A DNA stretch of 64,000 nucleotides, from contig BPKI01000001.1 in the NCBI GenBank assembly GCA_026005055.1, positions 1,604,566 to 1,668,565 on the forward strand, given 5' to 3'. Under the pieces are notes generated by a model. That model was not told the DNA's origin. It searched no databases and saw only the letters and a list, made by a program, of their open reading frames with translations. Both the position numbers and the translations under genes were made by a program. Below are positions 1 through 9,951 of the stretch, in pieces (positions within the stretch are counted from its first letter, which is position 1; each line of letters opens with the position of its first letter). The DNA is from Lysobacterales bacterium (lineage in GTDB: Bacteria; Pseudomonadota; Gammaproteobacteria; Xanthomonadales; BPKI01).

Positions 1-1
1 G

Positions 2-661
2 GCAAGCGGGGCGATCCGGCGCCTCTTCGTCGATCTCGGGGAGAACCCTGATGGCCTCACCATCCGCGCCACCGTACCGGTGAACCTCAGGCCCCTGGAG
101 CACGCCAAGAAACTGGGCAACCACTTCGGCCTGGTCTTTCTCGAGCTTCCCATCGGCGAGCCGAATCCGGTCGCTCGGCTGGAGCGGGTGGCCGCTGGCA
201 TGCGCGAGCTCAAGGGCTCGCGTCAGGCGCTGGTGGCCTATGGATTGCTCGGCGCGCTCGGTATGGGGCCGCAGGCGCTCCAGAAGCCGGCCCTCGAACT
301 CTTCTCGCGCAAGGCGACGGTGGTCGCGACCAACGTGCCTGGACCGCAGCAGCCGCTCTATCTCGCCGGGGCGCGGATCGCCGACATCATGTTCTGGGTC
401 CCGCAGTCGGGCTCGATCGGGATCGGTCTGAGCATCCTGAGCTATGACGGATCGGTGCGCTTCGGCGTCATCGCCGACCGGCAATGCTTGGCCGAGCCGG
501 AGGCCCTGGTCGAGCGTTTCCGTCCTGAGCTCGAGAAGCTGCTCTATCTCGCTCTTCTCGAGGATTGGGAAGGACCGATCACGGCAGAAGCCGCCGAGGC
601 GTGGAGGAAGCGGCTCGAGGCCACGGCCTCGACCCCAGTCGATGGGGGAGCGGAGCGATGA
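2..661 (+). CDS. Wax ester synthase/diacylglycerol acyltransferase (WS/DGAT) family protein, C-terminal part; 5' end lies outside the window
   Basis: Frame is open from the window edge. C-terminal WS/DGAT-like pattern TNVPGPQQPLYLAGARI...LSILSYDGSVRFGVIADR. Confidence 0.7.
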   Translation, partial: ASGAIRRLFVDLGENPDGLTIRATVPVNLRPLEHAKKLGNHFGLVFLELPIGEPNPVARLERVAAGMRELKGSRQALVAYGLLGALGMGPQALQKPALELFSRKATVVATNVPGPQQPLYLAGARIADIMFWVPQSGSIGIGLSILSYDGSVRFGVIADRQCLAEPEALVERFRPELEKLLYLALLEDWEGPITAEAAEAWRKRLEATASTPVDGGAER

Positions 662-1000
662 ACCTCGCGGTCGCGAGGCATTCCACGTCTCGCTCGGGGC
701 CAGGTCGCGGTTCTGAGGCTGGGCGCTTCCGGGCGGGGGAGGACGATGCCGCACTGGCGCTAAGGAATTCGTCGCAGCGGGTTCGGATCCGCGCCGAGGC
801 CCTCTGGGGGCGCGGATGGGCGGCATCCGAAGCGCGGCCAGCCCGCTGAGGCCGTGGCCGAAGCTTTGGAAGCGTCCCGCGGATGGCGCGCACGCCGCGG
901 GGCCTTCCGGCTTGCCATCCTTCAGGCGTGCGTCGAACTCGGCAGACCGGCGCCTGCGGCCGTGCTCGGCCGCTGCCCGGCGGGGAGAGGCGCTGCCGCG

Positions 1001-3595
1001 TTAGAGATCCGGCTGCGGCGGCGAGGCTTCCTCGGACAAGAGGGCGGCGGCGGCGCCACGCTCGTCCTCCAGCGAAGCGATGCGCTCGATGGCGGCCACG
1101 GTCTCGCCCTCCTCGAGGCGGATCAGCGACACCCCTTGGGTGTTGCGTCCGATCCGGGAGATTTCGCTCGCACGGGTGCGGATGAGGGTGCCCGCGCTCG
1201 AGATCAGCATCACCTCGTCTTCCTCACCCACCGCGACGGCCCCGATTAGGCTGCCGTTGCGGGCCGTGGTCTGGATGGCGATGACGCCCTGAGTGGCGCG
1301 ACCTTTGAGAGGGTGCTGTTCGAGAGGCGTGCGCTTGCCATAGCCGTGCTCGGTGACGGTCAGCACGTCCTTGCCTTCCTCGGCGACGAGCATGCTCACC
1401 ACGCTGGCACCCGGTGCCAGCCGCATGCCGATGACCCCGTGGGCGGCCCGACCCATCGGTCGCACCTCGTCCTCGCGGAAGCGGACCACCTTGCCGTCGG
1501 AGGCGAAGAGCAGCACGTCGCGGTCGCCATCGGTGAGGGCAACGTCGACCAAGCCGTCACCCTCGTCGAGCAGGATCGCGCGGATGCCGTCTCGGCGCGG
1601 CCGGGAGTACTCGGAGAGCGGCGTTTTCTTGACGATGCCCTGGCGCGTGGCGAAGAAAACGAACAGACCCTCCGCATACTCTCGAACGGGCAGGACGGCC
1701 TGGATCTTCTCGCCTGGCTGAAGGGGCAGGAGATTGACGATGGGCCGACCGCGGCCATCGTGGCCCGCCTGCGGCAGCCGATGCACCGGCTGCCAGTAAA
1801 TCTGGCCCCGATTCGTGAAACAGAGCAGGGTGTCGTGGGTGTTGACCACCCAGATCGATTCGATGAAATCCTCTTCCTTGACCGCCGCGGCGCTGCGGCC
1901 GCGTCCGCCGCGGCGCTGCGCTCGGTAGTCGGCGATGGGCTGGGTCTTGATGTAGCCCACGTGCGAGAGGGTGAGCACGACGTCCTCCGGCGGGATGAGA
2001 TCGAGCGTGTCGAGCTCCTCCCGGCTGGCCTGGATCTCCGTTCGCCGGGCATCTGCGAACTCGCTCTTGAGCGTCCTGAGCTCCTCGCGGATCACCGCGA
2101 GCAGGCGCGCCGGATCGCGCAGGGTCGCGATCAGTCCCTCGATGGTCTCGATCAGGGCACGGTACTCATCGTTCAGCTTTTCCTGCTCGAGTCCGGTGAG
2201 GCGGTGGAGCCTCATGTCGAGGATTTCCTTCGCTTGGGCCTCGCTCAGGCGATACCCGGAAGCCGTCAGTCCGAGCTCGGCGGAGAGTCCTTCCGGCCTC
2301 GTGACCTCGGCGCCGGCTGCGGCGAGCAATGCGGCAACGGCCCCTGGGGGCCAAGTTCTCGCGAGCAAGCGCGTGCGAGCCTCTGCGGGCGTGGGCGAGG
2401 ACTTGATCAGTTCGATCACCTCATCGATGTTCGCCAGTGCGACGCTGAGTCCCTCGAGCAAGTGGGCGCGGCTTCGGGCCTTGGCGAGGTCGAACAGGCA
2501 GCGCCGGGTCACGACCTCGCGGCGATGGCGGAGGAAGGCCTCGAGCAGCTCCTTCAGATTGAACAGCCGCGGCTGACCGCGGTCGAGGGCGACCATGTTG
2601 ACCCCGAAGACGGACTCCATCGGGGTTTGCTGGAAAAGGTTATTGAGGACGACCGCGCCCGACTCGCCCTTCTTGAGCTCGATGTAGATGCGCATGCCGT
2701 CCTTGTCCGATTCGTCGCGAAGCTCCGAGATGCCCTCGAGCTTCTTGTCCTTGACCAGTTCCGCGATGCGTTCAATCAGCCGCGCCTTGTTCACCTGATA
2801 GGGCAGCTCGGTGACGATGATCGCCTCGCGGCCGGTGTCCTCGTCCGTCTCGAAATGGGTCCGTGCCCGGACCAGGATGCGACCGCGCCCGGTGCGGTAG
2901 GCGTCGAGGATGCCGGCGGCGCCGTTGATGATTCCGCCCGTCGGGAAGTCGGGACCGGGCAGCCAGCGCATCAAACTCTCGATGGAGATCTCCGGATCGT
3001 CGATCAGCGCGATTAAGGCGTCGATCACCTCGCCGAGGTTGTGCGGGGGAATGTTGGTCGCCATCCCCACCGCGATGCCGGCTGCGCCGTTGACCAGAAG
3101 GTTGGGCAGGCGCCCGGGCAGGACCGTCGGTTCGCGCTCGGACTCGTCGTAGTTCGGCTGAAAATCGACCGTGTCGCGGTCGATGTCCTCGAGCAGCTCA
3201 TGCGCGATGCGCGACAAGCGAACCTCGGTGTAACGCATCGCCGCTGGCGCATCGCCGTCGATCGAGCCGAAGTTGCCCTGACCGTCGACCAGCGGATAGC
3301 GCAGTGAAAAGGGCTGCGCCATGCGCACCAAGGTGTCGTAGACGGCGGCGTCGCCGTGCGGGTGATACTTACCGACGACATCGCCGACCACGCGCGCGGA
3401 TTTCTTATAGGGCTTGTTCCAGTCGTTGCCGAGCTCGCGCATCGCATAGAGCACGCGGCGATGGACGGGCTTGAGACCGTCACGCACGTCCGGCAGCGCC
3501 CGCCCCACGATCACGCTCATCGCGTAATCGAGGTAGGACTGGCGCATTTCGTCTTCGATGTTGACGCGGATGATCTCGCTGCCGCCTTGGGCCAT
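1001..3595 (-). CDS. gyrA: DNA gyrase subunit A
   Basis: 864 aa. N-terminus ...[32 protein letters not shown]... and [26 protein letters not shown] are unmistakable GyrA. Confidence 0.97.
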   Translation of the reverse strand: MAQGGSEIIRVNIEDEMRQSYLDYAMSVIVGRALPDVRDGLKPVHRRVLYAMRELGNDWNKPYKKSARVVGDVVGKYHPHGDAAVYDTLVRMAQPFSLRYPLVDGQGNFGSIDGDAPAAMRYTEVRLSRIAHELLEDIDRDTVDFQPNYDESEREPTVLPGRLPNLLVNGAAGIAVGMATNIPPHNLGEVIDALIALIDDPEISIESLMRWLPGPDFPTGGIINGAAGILDAYRTGRGRILVRARTHFETDEDTGREAIIVTELPYQVNKARLIERIAELVKDKKLEGISELRDESDKDGMRIYIELKKGESGAVVLNNLFQQTPMESVFGVNMVALDRGQPRLFNLKELLEAFLRHRREVVTRRCLFDLAKARSRAHLLEGLSVALANIDEVIELIKSSPTPAEARTRLLARTWPPGAVAALLAAAGAEVTRPEGLSAELGLTASGYRLSEAQAKEILDMRLHRLTGLEQEKLNDEYRALIETIEGLIATLRDPARLLAVIREELRTLKSEFADARRTEIQASREELDTLDLIPPEDVVLTLSHVGYIKTQPIADYRAQRRGGRGRSAAAVKEEDFIESIWVVNTHDTLLCFTNRGQIYWQPVHRLPQAGHDGRGRPIVNLLPLQPGEKIQAVLPVREYAEGLFVFFATRQGIVKKTPLSEYSRPRRDGIRAILLDEGDGLVDVALTDGDRDVLLFASDGKVVRFREDEVRPMGRAAHGVIGMRLAPGASVVSMLVAEEGKDVLTVTEHGYGKRTPLEQHPLKGRATQGVIAIQTTARNGSLIGAVAVGEEDEVMLISSAGTLIRTRASEISRIGRNTQGVSLIRLEEGETVAAIERIASLEDERGAAAALLSEEASPPQPDL

Positions 3596-3655
3596 ACGCT
3601 GCTCCGAGGACCTTGGAAATTCCCCGCAGGAGGGCCAGTGTGGAAAACGAAGATT

Positions 3656-4717
3656 CTAGCAGGAGCCTCGGCCCAGACCGCTCAGCGCGGCGGCGATGCG
3701 CTCTCGATTCGGACGCTCGAGCACGAAGCGTTCGGTGACGAGCACGTCGATGAGTTCGGCCGGGGTGACGTCGAAGACGGGATTCCACGCCTCGGCCTCA
3801 TCGGGCGTATGGCGATGGCCGCCGCAGGCCAAGAGCTCCTCGGCATCGCGAAGCTCGATCGGGATCTCCGCTCCGCTCGCCGTCTGCGTGTCGATGCTCG
3901 AGGTCGGGGCGACCACCATCGTTTTCACGCCGTGATGCCGCGCCGCGATCATGAGCGAAAGCGTTCCGATCTTGTTCGCCGTGTCGCCGTTGGCGGCGAT
4001 GCGATCGGCGCCCACGATCAACCAGGCGATGCCGAGCCGCGCCATCGCCCAGGCCCCAGCCCCATCGGCGATCAGGCTCGCGGGGATGCCCTCGCGGGCG
4101 AGCTCCCAGAGCGTGAGCCTAGCGCCTTGCAGCCAGGGTCGGGTTTCGCAGGCATAGACCCGCTCGATCCGCCCTCGGGCGTAGGCGAAGCGGATCACGC
4201 CGAGGGCGGTGCCGATGCCCGCGGTGGCCAGAGCGCCGGTATTGCAATGGGTGAGCACTCGACCCCGCTCGTTGAGAAGCTCGGCTCCCGCCTCGGCCAT
4301 GGCCCGATTCGCGGCGAGGTCTTCGGCCTCGATCCTCTGCGCTTCCGCGAGCAAGCGCTCCGCGGGGGCCTCGAGCAGAGGCTCCATTCGCGCCACCGCC
4401 CATGCGAGATTGACGGCCGTCGGCCGCGCCTCCTGTAACAGTCGGCAAGCCGCGGCGAGTCGCGAGACCCGATCCGGCCCATCGCCGAGGCGCAAAGCCT
4501 CGAGCGCGATGCCGTAGGCGGCGGCGATACCGATCGCGGGCGCACCGCGCACCGCCAGGCTGCGTATCGCTTCGGCGACCTCCTCGGCCGACTGAAGCAC
4601 GAGCCAGCGTTCCTCCCTCGGTAGGAGACGCTGATCGAGGATTTCGAGGCGCCGGTCTTCCCAGCGCAGCGCTCTCAAAGAGGCGAACTTTTCCACGCGG
4701 TCAACGGTCAGAGGCAT
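3656..4717 (-). CDS. mtnA: S-methyl-5-thioribose-1-phosphate isomerase
   Basis: LEILDQRLLP...VRGAPAIGIAAAYG motif set of the MtnA/eIF-2B family. Start placed at the internal ATG (MPLTVDRV...); the ORF is open up to 4765. Confidence 0.85.
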   Translation of the reverse strand: MPLTVDRVEKFASLRALRWEDRRLEILDQRLLPREERWLVLQSAEEVAEAIRSLAVRGAPAIGIAAAYGIALEALRLGDGPDRVSRLAAACRLLQEARPTAVNLAWAVARMEPLLEAPAERLLAEAQRIEAEDLAANRAMAEAGAELLNERGRVLTHCNTGALATAGIGTALGVIRFAYARGRIERVYACETRPWLQGARLTLWELAREGIPASLIADGAGAWAMARLGIAWLIVGADRIAANGDTANKIGTLSLMIAARHHGVKTMVVAPTSSIDTQTASGAEIPIELRDAEELLACGGHRHTPDEAEAWNPVFDVTPAELIDVLVTERFVLERPNRERIAAALSGLGRGSC

Positions 4718-4827
4718 CGCGTCGCTGAGCCTCCAGTTTGCCAGCGAAGCCCTGCCCGGCGACAATGTTCCGTCGGGCCGCCCGAAGGTTCCGGCCGTCC
4801 ATCGTCCTCTTCCACGGAGTCATTTGC

Positions 4828-5517
4828 ATGAAAGCTTCCTTCGCCGCCGCGATTTCCGCGGCCATCCTCGTCTTCAACCCTGCCCTTGCGGCGGAACCGC
4901 TCAAGAGTGAGCGTGAGAAGGTGAGCTACATGATCGGAATGGATGTCGGTCAGTCGCTGATCCAGATCAAGGACGAGGTCGATGTCGAAGTCATGGCGCG
5001 GGCGGTGGGCGATGTCCTCGCTGGCCGCGAAACGGCGCTCAGCCGCGAGGAGGCCAATCAAGTGCGAGAAGCGTTCATGCAGAGATTGCAGCAGGAGTTC
5101 GCGGAGAAGCGCGCACGGCAAGCCGAGGAGAACAAGAAGGCCGGGGAGGCCTTCCTCGCCGAGAACCGCAAGCGCAAGGGCGTGAAAGTCACCGACTCGG
5201 GTCTGCAATACGAGGTGATCAAGGAAGGCAACGGCAAAAAGCCCTCCGCGACCGATCAGGTCAAGGTGCACTACGTCGGCACCCTGATCGACGGGACGAA
5301 GTTCGACAGCTCCCGCGACCGGGGGCAGCCGGCCGTTTTCCCGCTCAATGGCGTGATCCCCGGCTGGACCGAGGGCCTGCAGCTCATGTCCGAGGGGAGT
5401 GTGTACAAGCTCTACATCCCCTCCAATCTGGCCTACGGCGAACAGGGCACCCAGGGCTTGATCGGCCCGAATGCCACCCTGATCTTCGAGGTCGAATTGC
5501 TCGAAGTGGTGAAGTGA
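4828..5517 (+). CDS. FKBP-type peptidyl-prolyl cis-trans isomerase, periplasmic FkpA/Mip-like
   Basis: Signal peptide MKASFAAAISAAILVFNPALAA, helical N-domain, C-terminal FKBP domain (VKVHYVGTLIDGTKFDSS...ATLIFEVELLEV). Start at ATG 4828. Confidence 0.9.
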   Translation: MKASFAAAISAAILVFNPALAAEPLKSEREKVSYMIGMDVGQSLIQIKDEVDVEVMARAVGDVLAGRETALSREEANQVREAFMQRLQQEFAEKRARQAEENKKAGEAFLAENRKRKGVKVTDSGLQYEVIKEGNGKKPSATDQVKVHYVGTLIDGTKFDSSRDRGQPAVFPLNGVIPGWTEGLQLMSEGSVYKLYIPSNLAYGEQGTQGLIGPNATLIFEVELLEVVK

Positions 5518-5525
5518 GCTTCGAG

Positions 5526-5543
5526 GCCGCGCTCGCGCGCGGC
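5526..5543 (+). terminator. Candidate stem-loop after the FKBP gene (GCCGCGC-TCGC-GCGCGGC followed by AGTCGTTTCG)
   Basis: 7-bp GC stem read directly. The downstream U-tract is weak, so it may not terminate. Confidence 0.3.
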
Positions 5544-5559
5544 AGTCGTTTCGCGATCC

Positions 5560-6897
5560 ATGCGCATTACCGTCTTCGGGGCGGGTTACGTCGGTCTCGT
5601 TTCGGCGGCGTGTTTCGCCGAAGTCGGCAACGACGTCCTGGTGGTCGAGATCGACCGCGAACGGGTCGCTCGGCTCCGCGCCGGCATCTGCCCGATCTAT
5701 GAACCGGGCCTACCGGATCTCATCGAACGAGGTCTTGCGACCCATCGGCTGGCGTTCACCGACTCCCCCCGCGAAGGGGTGGCGCACGGTGAATTTCTCC
5801 TCATCGCCGTAGGTACGCCGCCTGAGGAAGACGGCAGCGCCGATCTCAGCCACGTGCTCGCCGTGGCTCGAAGCATCGGCCAGCACCTCGAGCGTGCAGG
5901 GTCCATCGTGGTCGTGAAGTCCACGGTGCCGGTGGGGACCAATGCGAAGGTCCGCGAGACCATCGCGGCGGCTTTGGCGGAACGCGGTCGCTCCCTCGAC
6001 TTCGCGGTGGTGTCGAACCCGGAGTTCCTCAAGGAAGGCGCTGCGGTCCAGGACTTTCAGCGTCCGGATCGGATCATCATCGGCTGCGAGAGCGGCGAGG
6101 TGCTCGATCGGATGCGGGCGCTGTACGCGCCCTTCAACCGCAGCCACGAGCGCATCGTGTGGATGGATCCCGCTTCGGCCGAACTCAGCAAATACGCGGC
6201 GAATGCGATGTTGGCCACGCGCATCAGCTTCATGAACGAGATCGCGGCGATCGCCGAGCGGGTGGGCGCCGACATCGAGCGGGTTCGTATCGGCATCGGT
6301 TCCGATCCGCGCATCGGCTTCAGCTTCCTGTACGCGGGAGCGGGCTTCGGCGGTTCGTGCTTTCCCAAGGATCTCAACGCGCTATCCCATTTGGCGCGAA
6401 GCCGAGGCTTGGAATGCCGCCTCGTCGATGCCGTGATCGCCATCAATCACGCGCAGAAGCGGCGCCTTTTCCGCATGATCGATCGATTTTTCGAGGGGCG
6501 GCTCGAGGATCGAACGGTGGCCGTCTGGGGTCTGGCCTTCAAGCCGGGTACCGATGATGTGCGCGAAGCGCCGAGCCGGGTGCTGCTGGAATCGCTCTGG
6601 GAAGCGGGAGCGAAGGTGCGCGCCTACGATCCTGCGGCGGCGGAGGCCATCGCAGCGCTCTACGGGCCGCGGCCGGATCTCATCCTCTGTTCTTCGCCTG
6701 AGGAGGCGATCGAGGGGGCGGACGTCCTGGCCATCGTCACCGAATGGAAGGTCTTCTGGAGCCCGGACTATGTCCGTCTCGCCGAGACGCTTCGCGAGCG
6801 CGCCATTTTCGACGGGCGGAACATCCTCGATCCGGAGACGGCCCGTCGCGCGGGTCTTCGCTATTTCGGGATCGGTCGGGGCGAGCCTTTGCTTTGA
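5560..6897 (+). CDS. ugd: UDP-glucose 6-dehydrogenase
   Basis: 445 aa. N-terminal Rossmann MRITVFGAGYVGLV and GGSCFPKD catalytic Cys motif. Confidence 0.93.
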   Translation: MRITVFGAGYVGLVSAACFAEVGNDVLVVEIDRERVARLRAGICPIYEPGLPDLIERGLATHRLAFTDSPREGVAHGEFLLIAVGTPPEEDGSADLSHVLAVARSIGQHLERAGSIVVVKSTVPVGTNAKVRETIAAALAERGRSLDFAVVSNPEFLKEGAAVQDFQRPDRIIIGCESGEVLDRMRALYAPFNRSHERIVWMDPASAELSKYAANAMLATRISFMNEIAAIAERVGADIERVRIGIGSDPRIGFSFLYAGAGFGGSCFPKDLNALSHLARSRGLECRLVDAVIAINHAQKRRLFRMIDRFFEGRLEDRTVAVWGLAFKPGTDDVREAPSRVLLESLWEAGAKVRAYDPAAAEAIAALYGPRPDLILCSSPEEAIEGADVLAIVTEWKVFWSPDYVRLAETLRERAIFDGRNILDPETARRAGLRYFGIGRGEPLL

Positions 6898-6906
6898 GTT
6901 CGAAGC

Positions 6907-7101
6907 ATGGAGAGTGAAACCTTGGCCCGAATCGAGGGGCTCGAGATCCGCCTGTGTTTTCTCGAGGATCGCCTGGATGCGCTGGCCCAGGAGCAGATCG
7001 CGCTCATGCGAGCGTTTGAGCGACTGAACGAGCGCTTGTTGCGTCTCGAACGGACCGGCGAACGGGCTCGGGCGGCGAGCTCAGGGGAGGATGGGAACTG
7101 A
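6907..7101 (+). CDS. slyX: SlyX family protein
   Basis: 64-aa coiled-coil protein with RIEGLEIRLCFLEDRLDALAQEQ..., a typical SlyX pattern. Confidence 0.8.
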   Translation: MESETLARIEGLEIRLCFLEDRLDALAQEQIALMRAFERLNERLLRLERTGERARAASSGEDGN

Positions 7102-9951
7102 GGTACCAAGCCCCGGCCCGAAGATCACGGCGTTGCCGAGGAATCGCTGCATGGCGAGGGCCGCCCCGCGGAAGGCGGGCGTGCCGGCGAAGAGGATCAC
7201 TTGCCCCTGGCCGACCGGCTCGCGCAGGAGCCAAGCGCTGTTGAGCAGGCGTTCCTGGGCTTCGGGCCACAAGAGTCCAGCGATACGCAGATAAGCCGCG
7301 CTCGCGGGCGGCACGCCGCTCCAACCGAAGGCGCGCCAATCGCTTCTCTCGGAGCGAGGGGCGCGTTCCCGATCGAACCAGCCCAACCGCACGGGCGCCT
7401 CGGCCGGGGCAGCGGCCAGCAAGGGTTCGTCGCGCCGCACGAGCAGCGGGACGAGGTCCTTGCAGCCGAAGCTCAGCCAGTGGCGCTCATCGCAGCGAGC
7501 AGCGACGAAGGCGCCTTGCGGCATGAAGTTCCGTGCCAAGCGATCGCGTTCGCCGAGGCGGCGAAGCTCCTCCGCGGAGAGCGCGGGCAGAGAGGCGGTA
7601 AGCGCCATCGTCGCCTCGCGCTCGGGCAGGCGGTGCGACCAGAGTGTCTCGGGGCGCCAGTCCGCCGCCGAAGCCGCATTCCATTCGCGCAGAACGGCAT
7701 CGCGGAAAGGCGAAAGCTCCTCGAGCGCCTCGGTGAGCGATCGCGCGCCGGAGAGCGGACCACCTTTACGCGCCAGGCGAGCGGCGCTCGCGCCCGTCGC
7801 GATCAGGGTGTTGCCGGCGCGCACCCAGGCGATCAGCGCCTGCTCGGCATCGGAAGCAAGCTCGCCTTGGGCATCGGTGAGGAGCAGGACGTTGTAGCGG
7901 CGAAGATCGAGCGAGGCGAGCCTCGGCTCGGCGAGGATCGTCGGTTTCAGCTCGAGCTCCTGTTCCAGGTAATGCCAATGGAATCCGAAGACATCGGGCT
8001 GGATGCGAGGGCCATGGCCGAGGATGGCGACTCGGGGCGGCTGGAGCAGGCGAAAGCGCCCACCACCGAGATCGGGAAGATCACCAGGGCCGCGGCCGCT
8101 GGCCAGGGCGTGCACGGGTAAGCCGGTGCCGCTGAGGGCCTGCGCGAGCCGGTCGCGCAGCCATTGCGGCTGTCGAGAGCGGTGATCGTGAAGCAGCACG
8201 ACCAGGCTGCCCCGGGGATAGGATTGGCCATCGAGCTCTCCGGCCTCGAGCGCCACCCGTGGGCGGATGTGGGCCGCCAGCAGGCGAGAGGCGAGCTTCA
8301 AGCTCGCATCATCCTCGCTCGGAATCAGCCAGCCGAGCCGCGTCTCGGCGAGAGCGTTGGGCGTGTCTTCGCGCCTGCGGGCGGGTATGAGCTTGACCGG
8401 AAGCGGGGCGTCGACCTTGCGCAGCGGGAGGCCGAAGAAGTGGGGAAGCGCCCAGGCGGTGAGGTCATAGACCGTGCTCGAGCCGTCGCGAAGCAGGCGG
8501 CGGCGTTCCTCCTGGAGAACCGCCTCAGAGAGCTTCGGATCGAAGTCGAGCAGCGCCGACAAGAGCGGGGCAAGCGGTTGAGCAGCCGGGACGATCAGGC
8601 TTCCTGGCGGCAGCTTGAGCCGCTCCTTGCGGCCGAGGGCGTCGCTCGCCTGTGCGAATTCGAGCGCCTCGGTGTTCCGCCAGACGGTGAGCCCTTGCCG
8701 CTCAAGGAGTTCGACGAGCCGTTCTTCCCGAGAGGGATGCGGCCCCGATGGTAGCACCCAAAAGTCTGACGGGCCGCGGAGCTCGCGCCGCCGCGTCGCC
8801 ACCCGTTCCCGAAGCAAAGCCTCGCGGTGCTCGGCAAGGAAGCGAAGGTTGGCCCAGGAAGCTGCGAGCTGGCGCGCGATGCCTTCCCCGTAGTGCAGGA
8901 TCTCGCGATTGGCCTGGAGCACGCCGTAGTCGGCGACGCGCGCCTGCTCGTAAAGCAAGTTGACCGCTCCGCGCAGGCCGCCCCAGGCATCGCTGTAGCC
9001 CGGATACCAACCTTCGTTCCACTCGCCGGAGTAATAGACGAATCCGCGGCGGTCGAAGTCTCGAGCCAGCGCTTCGGCGAAGCGCTCCACCCAGCGCCGT
9101 TGCTCCGGCGGATAGGCCGGATGAACCGGCTCGCGCGGCGGGGAGAATAGGAAGCTGTCCTGAGCGCCCATCTCGTGAGCATCCACGAAGAGGTGCGGCC
9201 GCCAGGCATCGAGCAAGGCGATGCGGGCGCGGGTCTCCGGCTGGGTGGCGAAAATCCAGTCGCGGTTGAGATCGAAGCCATAGTGATTGAAGCGGCCGGA
9301 AGGCCAGCTGCCCATGCGGAAAAGCGCCTGATCGTCGTAAGAGGGGCCCAGGCCGCTCAGGCTCCTGAGGTCGTGGACGGCGCGGGCACGGCCGTCGGGA
9401 TTCATCAGCGGCTCGAGGATGAGCAGCGTCGAAGCGAGGATTTTTTCGCTTTCCTCATCCTCGGCGGCAGCCAGGTGATATGCGAGCAGCAAGGCGGCAT
9501 CGGCGCCGGAGGTCTCGTTGCCGTGGATGGAATAGCCGAGGTAGGCGAGGGCAGGAAGCTCCTTGATGAGCCGTTCTTCCTCGGCAGCGCTCAGGCCTTC
9601 AGGGTTTTCAAGGCGCATCAGCTCGGCGCGAAGACGCTCAAGCCGCGCGAGCGTTTCGGGACGGGACACGAAAAGCACCGCCAGGGGCCGACCCTGCCAG
9701 CTCTGGCCGATCTTCTGATAGAGAAGGCGCGGGCTTGCGTCTGCGAGCATCCGCATGACGTGATCGATCTCCTCAGGTGTCGGCGCCCGGCTGCCGAGAG
9801 GATGAGCCAGCTTTTGGTTTGGGTGCGGAACCGCCGCTCCATAGCGCGCCTCCGGGAACACGATGGCGAGCGGGTCCCGCTCTTCGTGGGCGTCGCTGAC
9901 CATAGAGAGCAGAAGAACGAGAAGAAAGACAGTGACCGGCATCGCCTTCAT
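7081..9951 (-). CDS. Secreted M14-family zinc metallopeptidase (carboxypeptidase-like), 956 aa with a long C-terminal extension
   Basis: Signal peptide [22 protein letters not shown]14 zinc motif [10 protein letters not shown]. Its ATG overlaps the metH stop (ATGA at 9948-9951). Confidence 0.8.
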   Translation of the reverse strand: MKAMPVTVFLLVLLLSMVSDAHEERDPLAIVFPEARYGAAVPHPNQKLAHPLGSRAPTPEEIDHVMRMLADASPRLLYQKIGQSWQGRPLAVLFVSRPETLARLERLRAELMRLENPEGLSAAEEERLIKELPALAYLGYSIHGNETSGADAALLLAYHLAAAEDEESEKILASTLLILEPLMNPDGRARAVHDLRSLSGLGPSYDDQALFRMGSWPSGRFNHYGFDLNRDWIFATQPETRARIALLDAWRPHLFVDAHEMGAQDSFLFSPPREPVHPAYPPEQRRWVERFAEALARDFDRRGFVYYSGEWNEGWYPGYSDAWGGLRGAVNLLYEQARVADYGVLQANREILHYGEGIARQLAASWANLRFLAEHREALLRERVATRRRELRGPSDFWVLPSGPHPSREERLVELLERQGLTVWRNTEALEFAQASDALGRKERLKLPPGSLIVPAAQPLAPLLSALLDFDPKLSEAVLQEERRRLLRDGSSTVYDLTAWALPHFFGLPLRKVDAPLPVKLIPARRREDTPNALAETRLGWLIPSEDDASLKLASRLLAAHIRPRVALEAGELDGQSYPRGSLVVLLHDHRSRQPQWLRDRLAQALSGTGLPVHALASGRGPGDLPDLGGGRFRLLQPPRVAILGHGPRIQPDVFGFHWHYLEQELELKPTILAEPRLASLDLRRYNVLLLTDAQGELASDAEQALIAWVRAGNTLIATGASAARLARKGGPLSGARSLTEALEELSPFRDAVLREWNAASAADWRPETLWSHRLPEREATMALTASLPALSAEELRRLGERDRLARNFMPQGAFVAARCDERHWLSFGCKDLVPLLVRRDEPLLAAAPAEAPVRLGWFDRERAPRSERSDWRAFGWSGVPPASAAYLRIAGLLWPEAQERLLNSAWLLREPVGQGQVILFAGTPAFRGAALAMQRFLGNAVIFGPGLGTSVPILP

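Noticed and set aside
765-866. EcoRI (765-770), BamHI (785-790) and HindIII (861-866) sites clustered in the 339-bp convergent spacer between the WS/DGAT gene and gyrA, which raised the question of a polylinker or vector remnant.
   Set aside because: The surrounding sequence has native high-GC character with no vector-like features. Three hexamers in 100 bp is compatible with chance. The spacer does contain weak hairpins (663-678; 787-817) that may simply be bidirectional terminators.
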